DNA of 64,000 nt from an uncultured Gammaproteobacteria bacterium (GCA_964403585.1 CAYOFQ010000001.1:584630-648629), one strand, 5' to 3'; shown: positions 18,423-28,292, counted from the stretch's first letter. Program-made: numbers and translations. The notes: generated by a model from the sequence alone, not told the origin.

Positions 18423-19679
18423 ATGAACGAACGCCACGGCAGATCTCAACTCCATAACCTTATTAACGAGCCGGTGCATTTGGCATTAAGTCCAGACGGC
18501 GCCCGTCATTTTATTATGCAGCCCGGTCAGGGCATGCCGATGGAACGGGCACTCCAGCGCGCAGTTGCCGAACGCGAGTGGACCCAATACACCGTCGCCG
18601 ACGATTATGTTCTGGCTCCGATGGAGTTAGTCCTTGCTCCCGCTACTCGTTTCGAAACATCAGTTGAAGAAATCCAGGAGATCTTAAATGTCGACGAATC
18701 GTATTTGAATCGTACGATTAATAAACAATCGCGAAAAGATGGTCAGGATATCCGGTATATTATTTTTCATACCACTATCTCCGCTGCCTGGGAAAGAAAT
18801 CCCTATGCCGTACTTAACTATTTATTAACACGCCACCAAACACCACAAGGTGAAATTGCACCAAGTACCACCTGGCTTCTACCGGCAACCGATTTGCCCG
18901 ACGGTCGCGGCGGCCGCAACTGGCGCATGTTCAAATATATCAGTGACGATTATTTGGCCTACCATGCTGGTCGGGGACACTACGATGATCGAAAAGATCC
19001 AACCAAGCATTACCTAGATAATATGAATCTTTTTTCCATCGGTATTGAAGTAGATAACGACGGCAAGCACCCGATCCGTAAAGAGCAGTTTGCCATGCTC
19101 GTATACCTCACCATGAAATATCATCATGACCACAATGTCAGCTGGCAGCGCATGATCGGTCACGATGAATGGGCACCGGGCCGCAAATTTGATCCGCAAA
19201 GTATTTGTTATCTCGTAGATAATGTTATTCAACAGGCACAAAAATATTATAAGGACTTCTTTGGAGATGATTGGGAAGCTCCGGACCCACAGCCGGATGA
19301 AGGGAAAGATTTAATTACAATCCGCGACGGCTATCGCTCCAATGTTCGACAGGACTATAAAGTTTTGGCACCGGTTGCACTACAACTACTTCCCGGTACA
19401 CCGTTTCACTCAGTGCAACAATATACCGACGGAATGCTCGTGGCCGGTTCCCGCAACTGGGCGCATGTTACCCAGGTGATGTTTGAAGGCCGAGAGCATA
19501 TCGGATCCGGTTTTATGCATGCCAGCCGGTATGTCGGTGTTGACCATCCACAAATCTTCCGTGTTCGACCGGGCAACAATGAAGTACGCCGGGTAGCATC
19601 ACGAATGCAGGCCATTGAACGCACCTTCCGGGTACAGGATCTTCGCCGGGCACAGGAAGTTCGGTACGAATGCTGTTAG
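18423..19679 (+). CDS. N-acetylmuramoyl-L-alanine amidase (Amidase_2/PGRP fold) with a C-terminal SH3b-like domain and no signal peptide
   Basis: Amidase_2 motifs AYHAG...SIGIEV...IGHDEW...KFDPQS. C-terminal GYRSNVRQDYKVLAP...GW-like SH3b pattern. Moderately elevated GC. Confidence 0.65.
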   Translation: MNERHGRSQLHNLINEPVHLALSPDGARHFIMQPGQGMPMERALQRAVAEREWTQYTVADDYVLAPMELVLAPATRFETSVEEIQEILNVDESYLNRTINKQSRKDGQDIRYIIFHTTISAAWERNPYAVLNYLLTRHQTPQGEIAPSTTWLLPATDLPDGRGGRNWRMFKYISDDYLAYHAGRGHYDDRKDPTKHYLDNMNLFSIGIEVDNDGKHPIRKEQFAMLVYLTMKYHHDHNVSWQRMIGHDEWAPGRKFDPQSICYLVDNVIQQAQKYYKDFFGDDWEAPDPQPDEGKDLITIRDGYRSNVRQDYKVLAPVALQLLPGTPFHSVQQYTDGMLVAGSRNWAHVTQVMFEGREHIGSGFMHASRYVGVDHPQIFRVRPGNNEVRRVASRMQAIERTFRVQDLRRAQEVRYECC

Positions 19680-20695
19680 GCAGTTCGCCGGCGATGATGT
19701 AAAAATCGGTTCTCCACAAAATTCCACGACAGATATGCACATCCCAAGGATAACACGAGCGAAATAATAAAATGCGGTATCATTGTTAACCTGTTCTGAG
19801 ATATTTGTGTTAACAATTGTTGAATTGGATACGAATAAATATACAGCCCGTACGAAAAATCTCCGTATTTTCCGAAATCATGTCCTTTAATTCTGGTTGA
19901 AAAGGCTGCCGCCAGTAATAGATACGTTCCAAAAATTGGCAAGAAGTAATAAATATAATACGGGTACACGAGTCCAAGGAAAATCATTATCAGAGACACA
20001 ACGACACCAAACGTAGTGTACTTAATTTTGTCCCGCCACAAATAAAACGCGGCGCTGGTCATAAAAAATCGCGCTAGAACGATCGTATTAATCCACCAGC
20101 CCATCAATCCTTTCGTCGGGAGGAGGTATAAGACAGCCAGAACAATCAGGATGAAGTTCTTTTTTAGTAAGCCAAACATTCCCAAAATAAATAAGGTCAG
20201 GTAACAGACGACTTCATACTCCAGTGTCCAGAGCGATCCGTTAATCATTCCTGCATGAGGGTTACGGGTAAAAACTTCCGGCAGAAAATAATAAATCGGG
20301 TGAAGAAAAATGGACAAAAGATACACATACGGACCGGGGTGCACAAAATAGTCACGAAGTGATAAAGAAGTTGCCAGCGGACCCATTACAAATGCCGAAA
20401 GCAATAATACTACTGCTAATCCCGGGAAGATCCGCAGAAACCGTTTGCGCAAAAAGTCATAGGCGGACTTCGATTTGTCCCAACTTTTGGCAATCAGGAA
20501 ACCACTGATAATAAAGAACGCGTCTACAGCCATTATCCCCGAAGTCATAACACCACCGGTCAGCCAGTAAATCCAGTCACTATTTTCATTACCGGCAGTA
20601 ATCACCAGTGAGTGAAATAAAATAACCACCACCGCGGCTAGAAAGCGTAATAAATCAAAATTATTTAATCGTTCAATATGAATCTGATCATGCAT
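19676..20695 (-). CDS. acyltransferase family 3 (OafA/YrhL-like membrane O-acyltransferase)
   Basis: About ten TM segments. N-terminal FDLLRFLAAVVVILFHS is typical of Acyl_transf_3. Confidence 0.75.
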   Translation of the reverse strand: MHDQIHIERLNNFDLLRFLAAVVVILFHSLVITAGNENSDWIYWLTGGVMTSGIMAVDAFFIISGFLIAKSWDKSKSAYDFLRKRFLRIFPGLAVVLLLSAFVMGPLATSLSLRDYFVHPGPYVYLLSIFLHPIYYFLPEVFTRNPHAGMINGSLWTLEYEVVCYLTLFILGMFGLLKKNFILIVLAVLYLLPTKGLMGWWINTIVLARFFMTSAAFYLWRDKIKYTTFGVVVSLIMIFLGLVYPYYIYYFLPIFGTYLLLAAAFSTRIKGHDFGKYGDFSYGLYIYSYPIQQLLTQISQNRLTMIPHFIISLVLSLGCAYLSWNFVENRFLHHRRRTA

Positions 20696-20714
20696 ATATG
20701 CTACAATCGTTATA

Positions 20715-21950
20715 ATGGTGAAGTATGGTATTGTGTTAGCCGCTGTTATAATTCTGTCCGCTGTTCTCCATTGGACAAACCTCAGTCCGTATTACATCTA
20801 TCCGGACTCATATCAAAACATACTTACGGCACACCATATCCAAAATTTTCATTCGGTAGTCGGAACGTTAGGGCCTGACGGTCAAATCTGGCCGGATTAT
20901 TTCGGGTGGACCAGACCAGGGTATGCGCTCCTTATGTATGGTGTCAGCCGTGTCACCGGCAATTATTTCACCGCGGCTCAGGCGGTAACCTTTACCGCTA
21001 CCATTCTTTCCACAATTATAGCGTATTTTTTTTTGAAAATCCTCTCAGGGTCACGGATCACCGGGCTATGTGCGGCGCTGCTTGTTGGAATCAGTGCCAA
21101 CTATATTATCTGGGGTGGACTCATCTTAACTGAAGGCCTTGGGATTCTTGCGCTGCTACTCGTTCTTTGGAGTTTCTTTATCATATTAAAAAGAGAATCC
21201 CAACTGGCTGAGGTGCGGGATTTGGTCTGCGGCGTAACAATAGCTTTCGCCATTCTCGTTCGGTATGAGTATGCGTTACTACTCATTCCAATTATCAGTG
21301 CCATTATAATTCGTTCACCGTCGCCGGGGAAAAAATTGCTTAATCTGCTTTCGGCCATGGTCTTTATTTTGTCTCTGGTTGGAGCACAACTATTTCCATT
21401 ACGGGAAAGTCTTTCGCGTATTAACAGTCAAAATTATGTACTCCAGGTAATCGGCATTGGTTTATTGATTATTTTTATTGTCGGGGCTGCTGTATTCCGT
21501 TATCGTCAGAACAATTCCGGAATATATAAATGGTCAAGCGCCGTTAGTTTGGCAGCCGCAGGGACAATTGCAGTCATACTCCTGGTACAAATCCTGTTCA
21601 CCGGGTTTTCTTTCCTAACCTATCAACTCGGTGCCCCGCGCAATTTCTTTACTCTGGATTTTCTCCTCGGCATTACCGTAGTGATCGGTTTCTATCAATT
21701 ACATCAGGGAAAAAAATATACGCTTGTTACCTGGGCAGCGGTAAATATTGCCATGTTCGCGCTCTTTTATTATTTAGTTAATCCGCTCATGCAGCGCTAC
21801 TGGACACACCTCATTCCATTTTTACTGATACCTGCCGCATACGGGTTACAGGCACTGTATCCGGAGTCTGTATTCTCCTTATTTCACTGCTCATCTTCAC
21901 CGATGCAACCTCCGAAGGGTAAAAAAGACCCGCAGAACCTACGGGTCTAA
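20715..21950 (+). CDS. polytopic membrane protein, GT-C-like (GT39/PMT_2-like putative glycosyltransferase)
   Basis: About eleven TM segments. An N-terminal extracytoplasmic loop with acidic residues (YPDSYQ...DGQIWPDYFGW) and a hydrophobic core like ArnT/PMT_2. Confidence 0.45.
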   Translation: MVKYGIVLAAVIILSAVLHWTNLSPYYIYPDSYQNILTAHHIQNFHSVVGTLGPDGQIWPDYFGWTRPGYALLMYGVSRVTGNYFTAAQAVTFTATILSTIIAYFFLKILSGSRITGLCAALLVGISANYIIWGGLILTEGLGILALLLVLWSFFIILKRESQLAEVRDLVCGVTIAFAILVRYEYALLLIPIISAIIIRSPSPGKKLLNLLSAMVFILSLVGAQLFPLRESLSRINSQNYVLQVIGIGLLIIFIVGAAVFRYRQNNSGIYKWSSAVSLAAAGTIAVILLVQILFTGFSFLTYQLGAPRNFFTLDFLLGITVVIGFYQLHQGKKYTLVTWAAVNIAMFALFYYLVNPLMQRYWTHLIPFLLIPAAYGLQALYPESVFSLFHCSSSPMQPPKGKKDPQNLRV

Positions 21951-21976
21951 AAACTCTGTTCGAGAGTTATCATCAT

Positions 21977-22282
21977 TTATGGCTTGGGAGTTTTATCAGG
22001 CTTATGTGTGTTATCCGGCTTTTCTGTTTTTTCGGGTTTGTCGGTTTTTTCTGGTTTAGCCGTATTCGTTGGTTTCGGGGAGTCACTTGGGTTCACTGAT
22101 TGGCCAGGAGGACCTGTGTGTTCATGATTCTTGTCTCCATAACCCCAACCAGGTCGGGTGTTGTCGTCATTCTTAGCGAGTGCAGTATTCGCAATAAATA
22201 CAATTGATGTAACCACAATCGTAAATATTATGACGATTCGTGCGATTAAGGCAGATTTCAAAGTAAATACACCTCCCTTCAA
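21977..22282 (-). CDS. small membrane-anchored protein with KPEKT/KPDKT repeats
   Basis: N-terminal TM then a Lys/Pro/Thr pentapeptide repeat tail. Confidence 0.45.
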   Translation of the reverse strand: MKGGVFTLKSALIARIVIIFTIVVTSIVFIANTALAKNDDNTRPGWGYGDKNHEHTGPPGQSVNPSDSPKPTNTAKPEKTDKPEKTEKPDNTHKPDKTPKP

Positions 22283-22568
22283 AATAAAACAGGAGCATCA
22301 CTGCTCCAAATTTTATAACATAACTATAATATAACCACTATAGATCATTGCGCTATTTAGGTCAACCCTAAATACCCCATTGACGAAGTGCTATTAATCT
22401 CTCTAAAGTAGATACATCAGCAATAACACGCCCGCAAATAGAAGGGGCGTATTATTTTAGTTCAAACGCTTCTAATACTGTAAGAATAAGGCAGCTTCAG
22501 TATAAGATAAGTAAACGCTCATAATATAACATTATCTAACTCGCAACTTTTGAAAGGAGGTGAATCAA

Positions 22569-23207
22569 ATGAAAAAATATATAATCGCAACAATCGCACT
22601 CGTTGTAGTTGTAGGCGCCGCAGGAGCTGTTTCATCACATGCTTCTATCGGAGGTTGGGTAGGTAATTCCGGCAACGGAACAGATACATACAACAAGGTA
22701 AACGTCAACAACACCAAGAAAGTTAAAGTTAACCAGCTTAACGCAGCTTTCCAGGCGAACGGTGTGAACAATACTACCAACACAGGTGGAAACAAAGCTA
22801 ACAACAACACCGGTGCAGTTGGTGAGGTAAGCGATCCTTCAATCGATACAGGATCAGCTTCAGCAGGCGTTGGCATAACCAACACCGCGAACCAAAATCA
22901 GGCAGCAGTCGCTACATGCGGATGCGCTGATGATCTGTTGTCCTCAGTCGGTAACACCGGCAACGGCACAGGTTCAACCAACAAGGTATACGTAAACAAT
23001 ACCAACAAAACCAAGGTTAACCAACAGAACTACGCAGTTCAGGTCAACACAGTTAACAACAATGTTAACTCAGGTGGCAACACTGCTAACAACAATACAG
23101 GTGGAGACGTCAATGTTAACACCGGTAGTGCTGGTTCAACCACAGTAATCAACAACACTGCTAATTCAAACACAGCAGTAGTAGGCGGATTCGGAGGCTC
23201 ACTCTAA
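22569..23207 (+). CDS. short paralog (two units) of the Asn-rich repeat family
   Basis: Strong SD AAAGGAGGTGA-N8-ATG, signal peptide and the same SNTG/NTG repeat signature. The true start is probably the ATG at 22569 rather than the track GTG at 22560. Confidence 0.65.
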   Translation: MKKYIIATIALVVVVGAAGAVSSHASIGGWVGNSGNGTDTYNKVNVNNTKKVKVNQLNAAFQANGVNNTTNTGGNKANNNTGAVGEVSDPSIDTGSASAGVGITNTANQNQAAVATCGCADDLLSSVGNTGNGTGSTNKVYVNNTNKTKVNQQNYAVQVNTVNNNVNSGGNTANNNTGGDVNVNTGSAGSTTVINNTANSNTAVVGGFGGSL

Positions 23208-23226
23208 TCTTTTTGAAAACTGTAAG

Positions 23227-23273
23227 AAATACTCCATTTTTTCACTCCCTTGTGAACATGGAGTATTTTTTTA
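23227..23273. terminator. bidirectional terminator hairpin (11-bp stem AAATACTCCAT/ATGGAGTATTT, A/T runs on both sides) between convergent genes
   Basis: Read directly. Confidence 0.7.
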
Positions 23274-23636
23274 TACCGGGATATATTTATCGACCATTCC
23301 TTCCAGCTCATCAATATCAAACGGCTTGGTCAGGAAATCATCCGCTCCTGCCCGTTTGGCAATGGTTTCAGTATCTTTATTGGCCGAGAAAATTATGATC
23401 GGAATCTGTTTGGTATCGGCACTGGCTTTCAGTTCACGGGTGATCTCATCCCCCTGTTTCCCTGCAATCCACAGATCAAGCAGAATAATGTCAGGGCACT
23501 CTTTTTTTATTATCGACATGATGTCCGTGCTCTCCGCCAAAGCCGTCACTTTATACCCCTTCGCTTCGAGGACAATTGACGTCACATCCAATATGCCCGT
23601 GTCGTCTTCACAGATTAACACATGCTTTTGGGTCAT
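23271..23636 (-). CDS. stand-alone response regulator receiver domain (CheY-like)
   Basis: Conserved Asp pocket (EDD...D...K) and no output domain. Immediately downstream of the kinase gene. Confidence 0.85.
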   Translation of the reverse strand: MTQKHVLICEDDTGILDVTSIVLEAKGYKVTALAESTDIMSIIKKECPDIILLDLWIAGKQGDEITRELKASADTKQIPIIIFSANKDTETIAKRAGADDFLTKPFDIDELEGMVDKYIPV

Positions 23637-23637
23637 A

Positions 23638-25974
23638 TTATTGCGTACCTTTCGCTAGTGGTAATGTAAAGTGGAATGTCGAACCAACTCCCGGGGCACT
23701 TTCAAGCCAGATCCGACCACCATGTCGTGTAATTATCTCAGAAGATATATACAATCCAATACCTAAACCTGAAAATTGCTTCGCCGAAGCCTCGACACGA
23801 TAAAAACGCTGGAATAATTTTCGCTGATACTGCTCCTCAATACCGATACCAAAATCTTGAATATCAATTTGTACATAGCTGTCGTCTTTTGACATCGTTA
23901 CAATGACTTCTCTGCCCATAGGAGAGTATTTAATTGCATTTGTTAATAAGTTGGAAAGCACCTGTTCGATACGATGCCGGTCACCAGTAATTTCTGCTTT
24001 TACGGATGATTTGAGGGTAACTTTATGTTGTGTTGTGGGTTGAATCGCTTGCACACTTTCCTTCACCAGTTGGGAAAAGTCAAACCGTTCCAGATTGAAC
24101 TGCAGCTTACCTGCCTGAATTTTCGAAACATCCAGAAGGTCGACAATCAAACTGTTGAGTTTATCAATATAGGTATTGGTCTTACTTACCAGCACCCGGG
24201 CTTTATCGTCACCCATTTCCTGGATAATTCGTTCCAGAATTTGCACATAGCCTTTAATACTGGTTAGCGGAGTTTTTAATTCGTGCGAAGCAATGCCCAG
24301 AAATTCGTCTTTGCGCTGTTCTAATTTTTTGCGCTCAGTGATATCGAGGACAAAGGATATTGACGTCTGCTTCTTTTTATCCAGCAGAGCCTTACCGACA
24401 ATAACCGGTACCTGGCTGCCGTCTTTGCGGATATATTCTTTCTCAAACGGACTCGCGACTCCTGTCTCATATAATTCCTGTAACTTTTTTGACTCCACTT
24501 CCTTATATTCAGGTGGAATTAGTTTAGGCCATTTGATCGTCCGCTTATTAAATTCGCCTCGTGTATATCCTATGATTGAGAAGAAAGCCTCATTTGCGGA
24601 GATCACAGTACCATCCGCTCCGGCATAAGCTACACCAATAATGTTTGAATCGTATAGTGCCTGAAATTGTTTTTCGCGTTGCCTGATCTCAGAATACAGC
24701 AGCGCATTTTCCATAGACAACGAAATTCTTCCCGCCAGTTCTGTCGCCATCTGCAGATCGTCTGAATTGAATTGCTTTTTTGAATCGGTCGAAACAAACT
24801 GTACTGCGCCGATAACTTTCTTATGGGCCGTAATTGGAACTATCATAACTGAAGTAAAGCCAATTTCGCGAATAATCCGAAGTTCTTCTTCACTCTTCAC
24901 TGCAGCTTGAATCATTTCCTCAGTTATCAGCGGGTAGAGGACTGACTCACCAGTTTTGAGGACATGGGGAAGCCCGGTGTTCTCAGACATATCTACCGGA
25001 CGCTCCTTACGTAGTTTTCGTGCCCACTTTATTTTCTCAGGATCAACATGTGCAACGGCGCCTAACTCAACAGAGTGACCATCATATAACTCAATACTAA
25101 TCCAATCGGCAATCTGAGGAACAGCAAGTTGCGCCACTCTCTGGAGAACTTTTTTAGTATCAAGCGTAGCAGCCAACAGTTTGGACGCTTCAGCGAGAAA
25201 TCTCTGCGATTCCACAGCCATGCGTTGGGTATGAATATCAGTACAGGTACCAAACCAGCGGACAATTTTGCCTTTTTCATCACGAATAGGCAACGCCCGG
25301 CCTAAGAACCAGCGATACTCCCCGGTTTTTCCATTCTTTAAGCGGTATTCAATTTCATACGGTTCTCCGGTGCGCAATGATTTTCGCCACAATCGCCAGG
25401 CCTTCTTTTGGTCTTCAGGATGAAAGAACGACGCCCAACCGTCACCTTTGGCATTATTAAAAGTTGTATTAGTGTATTCATACCAGCGATCGTTGTAATA
25501 TTCATGGAAACCGTCAGGACGGGTGATCCATACTATCTGGGGAATACTTTCGGTAATACTCCGCAAATACGCTTCATTCTCTCGCAGCTGTGTTTCCAAC
25601 GCCTTTTGTACTGATATATCGGAGAATGTGATTCCAATGGTATCATCGTCAATTTTAACAATAATTAACCGGTACCATACTGACTCACCGTTAATTGTAT
25701 AGAATCGTTCCTCAGTGACGGTCTCGCCAGTTTCAATAACACGGACATAGCCATCAAAGGCACCATTATCCTTACTTTTCGGACTGACCGTCAGCATTCT
25801 TTTCCCGACAAGGTCATCCCATTTTTGCGAAAGGATACGTTCACCGGCCTTATTCATGTAGGTCCAGGTAAAATCAATTATTTTGTCGTTATTATCGCGG
25901 ATCGCTTCCAAAATAGTAAAGCCATCGGTCGAAGCGTCTTGAATTTTTTGCCATATGTCCCCATTACTGTGCAT
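23638..25974 (-). CDS. cytoplasmic multi-sensor histidine kinase (PAS-PAS-GAF-PAS-HisKA-HATPase_c)
   Basis: H-box HELKTPLTSIKGY, N-box LLTNAIKYS and G-boxes DFGIGI/GLGIGL. No TM segments. Confidence 0.85.
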   Translation of the reverse strand: MHSNGDIWQKIQDASTDGFTILEAIRDNNDKIIDFTWTYMNKAGERILSQKWDDLVGKRMLTVSPKSKDNGAFDGYVRVIETGETVTEERFYTINGESVWYRLIIVKIDDDTIGITFSDISVQKALETQLRENEAYLRSITESIPQIVWITRPDGFHEYYNDRWYEYTNTTFNNAKGDGWASFFHPEDQKKAWRLWRKSLRTGEPYEIEYRLKNGKTGEYRWFLGRALPIRDEKGKIVRWFGTCTDIHTQRMAVESQRFLAEASKLLAATLDTKKVLQRVAQLAVPQIADWISIELYDGHSVELGAVAHVDPEKIKWARKLRKERPVDMSENTGLPHVLKTGESVLYPLITEEMIQAAVKSEEELRIIREIGFTSVMIVPITAHKKVIGAVQFVSTDSKKQFNSDDLQMATELAGRISLSMENALLYSEIRQREKQFQALYDSNIIGVAYAGADGTVISANEAFFSIIGYTRGEFNKRTIKWPKLIPPEYKEVESKKLQELYETGVASPFEKEYIRKDGSQVPVIVGKALLDKKKQTSISFVLDITERKKLEQRKDEFLGIASHELKTPLTSIKGYVQILERIIQEMGDDKARVLVSKTNTYIDKLNSLIVDLLDVSKIQAGKLQFNLERFDFSQLVKESVQAIQPTTQHKVTLKSSVKAEITGDRHRIEQVLSNLLTNAIKYSPMGREVIVTMSKDDSYVQIDIQDFGIGIEEQYQRKLFQRFYRVEASAKQFSGLGIGLYISSEIITRHGGRIWLESAPGVGSTFHFTLPLAKGTQ

Positions 25975-26060
25975 ATATAATATTATAACAAAGACTACAG
26001 TGAATTAATAAATTCTACCAACCCTTGACCTTGCATGCTGCAGCCTTTACTATCTAAACT

Positions 26061-27035
26061 ATGACCAAACTGTCCCACTTTTTTGTTCCTCACAAAAAGA
26101 ACAATTTCCGGGCACACCTGCTCAAGCCGGTGGCACTATACACGGTCGTTTTTTCATTACTGGCACTGCAATTTTCTTTTTTGTTTATTAAGAGTTCGTA
26201 TCCGTCGGTACTCGGTGTCTCATATTCAATCACTCCCGATGATATTATCGCGCAAACCAACGACCAGCGGGGCAAAAACGGACTTTCTCCCTTATCTAAA
26301 AATGGACAGCTTACTGTAGCTGCACAGTTAAAAGGTAACGATATGCTCGCCAAAGGGTATTGGGCACACGTTTCACCTGATGGTAAACAACCATGGGTAT
26401 GGATTGCACAGGCAGGGTATAGTTACAATCGGGCCGGCGAGAACCTGGCTAAAGATTTTCGCGACAGCATTTCGGTAACCAATGCCTGGATGGCCAGTCC
26501 TGGTCATCGCGCCAACATTTTAAATCCAAACTATAAAGAAATTGGTGTTGCGGTAGTTAGTGGTCCGTTCAACGGCTATGACACGGTTATTGTTGTACAA
26601 ATGTTTGGCGAACCGTTTGGAAGTTCGGTCGCCAATTCTCTAACACAACCCCAGGCTGCAGGTGCCGCCACCAAACCAACACCAAAACCGGCCGTCGGGC
26701 GTGAATTGGCGCGCAACCTGGAAATAGCTTCGTCTTCAGCAACCACAACCGAAGACCCCGGCACACCCTCGGATCTGGTTAAACCCGAAGAGTTACAAAC
26801 CGTTCCCGTCGGAGCAACACAGGATGCTGCACCACTCATCGATCCGGTACTCGTTTTTAAGTATGCAGTATTTATAATCGGGATGTTCTTTATTATTCTT
26901 CTCGGGATCGACGGCTATGTAATTGCCAAACACCGTGTCCAGCGTGATCAGCACGGACACAGTTTACTGCATGCCTTGTTTCTGGCGGCTATTATGATAA
27001 GCTTGTTGATAATCGAGACAGGAGTAATCTTGTAA
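26061..27035 (+). CDS. CAP/SCP/PR-1 domain protein (YkwD-like) with N- and C-terminal membrane segments
   Basis: YWAHVSPDG...GENLAKD...WMASPGHRANIL CAP-domain motifs. Confidence 0.7.
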   Translation: MTKLSHFFVPHKKNNFRAHLLKPVALYTVVFSLLALQFSFLFIKSSYPSVLGVSYSITPDDIIAQTNDQRGKNGLSPLSKNGQLTVAAQLKGNDMLAKGYWAHVSPDGKQPWVWIAQAGYSYNRAGENLAKDFRDSISVTNAWMASPGHRANILNPNYKEIGVAVVSGPFNGYDTVIVVQMFGEPFGSSVANSLTQPQAAGAATKPTPKPAVGRELARNLEIASSSATTTEDPGTPSDLVKPEELQTVPVGATQDAAPLIDPVLVFKYAVFIIGMFFIILLGIDGYVIAKHRVQRDQHGHSLLHALFLAAIMISLLIIETGVIL

Positions 27036-27036
27036 T

Positions 27037-27315
27037 ATGCACAATCTCATCGAAAATTTGCGCAAACATCTCGGTCATACGGTACTGTTGTGCCTGTTTC
27101 TGCTACTTGGCGTGACGCTGTTTTTGGCGTTCGCGCACGAGGCACAAGTTCGTCTCATTATTTTAGCTGCTGTCTCAATTTCGTACGCCGTATGGTCGAT
27201 GGTGCATCATTATATGCGCAAGGATCTGAGTTGGTCACTGGCCGTTGAATATATTGCCGTCGCCTTGATCGCGATTCTGTGGGTATTGTCGTTACTGGGA
27301 TGGAGTGTCCTATGA
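27037..27315 (+). CDS. small three-TM membrane protein
   Basis: Hydrophobic ORF whose stop overlaps the galE start (ATGA). Confidence 0.4.
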   Translation: MHNLIENLRKHLGHTVLLCLFLLLGVTLFLAFAHEAQVRLIILAAVSISYAVWSMVHHYMRKDLSWSLAVEYIAVALIAILWVLSLLGWSVL

Positions 27316-28292
27316 AAGTTTTAGTAGTCGGTGGTGCCGGATACATAGGTTCGCATACTGTTCGTGCGTTGCAGAATGCCGGTCACGCTGTCATCGTCTT
27401 CGATAATCTCTCCGCCGGTCAGAAGGGCGAACAACATGCCCATGTTTTTAAAGGAGATATCCGCAACCGCAAAGATCTTGAAGAAGTATTCTCGGATAAA
27501 AACTTTGACGCGGTCGTACATTTTGCGGCCAAGATTGAAGTAAAAGAATCGATGATCGATCCCGGGCTTTATTACGAAAATAATGTTCTCGGTACAATTA
27601 ATATTCTTGAAGCCATGCGCAAACATAACGTAAAGACGATCGTTTTTTCGTCTACCGCTGCAGTGTACGGGATGGTCGAAAAAGTTCCCGTCACCGAAGA
27701 CGATCCCAAGGCCCCTATTAATACCTATGGCATGAGCAAATTAATGGTCGAAACAATTATTAAGGATTATCACCGCTCGTATGGCTTGAACGCCGTTATT
27801 CTGCGTTATTTTAATGCCGCCGGTGCATCTACCGATGGAACAATGGGAGAAATGCACGATCCGGAAAGTCACCTAATCCCCATCATGATTAATAAATTTC
27901 TTAAAGATGAAGCGTTAACCGTTAACGGCACGGACTATCCGACACCCGATGGCACCGCAGTACGGGATTATGTGCATGTACAGGATCTGGCGCAGGCACA
28001 TGTTCTGGCACTTGAATATGCGGATTTTGAAAAAGCATTTAACTATTTTAATATCGGCACCGGAACAGGGTATTCAATCAAACAGGTAATAGATACATTA
28101 CAAAAAATTACCGGCAAGGAAGTCAAAGTTGAATATGGTCCACGCAGAGAAGGGGATCCGGCGCAACTTGTTGCTTCTTCAGATAAAATCCGTAAAGTAC
28201 TTGGCTGGGAACCACAATATTCAAGTCTGGAAACCATTGTCCAAACGGCCTATCAATGGCATAAGAAACTGCATAATTTCAATTCCAAATAG
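27312..28292 (+). CDS. galE: UDP-glucose 4-epimerase
   Basis: N-terminal VVGGAGYIGSH Rossmann motif, catalytic YxxxK region and full GalE-length similarity. The start was moved to the internal ATG (MKVLVVGG). Confidence 0.9.
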   Translation: MKVLVVGGAGYIGSHTVRALQNAGHAVIVFDNLSAGQKGEQHAHVFKGDIRNRKDLEEVFSDKNFDAVVHFAAKIEVKESMIDPGLYYENNVLGTINILEAMRKHNVKTIVFSSTAAVYGMVEKVPVTEDDPKAPINTYGMSKLMVETIIKDYHRSYGLNAVILRYFNAAGASTDGTMGEMHDPESHLIPIMINKFLKDEALTVNGTDYPTPDGTAVRDYVHVQDLAQAHVLALEYADFEKAFNYFNIGTGTGYSIKQVIDTLQKITGKEVKVEYGPRREGDPAQLVASSDKIRKVLGWEPQYSSLETIVQTAYQWHKKLHNFNSK

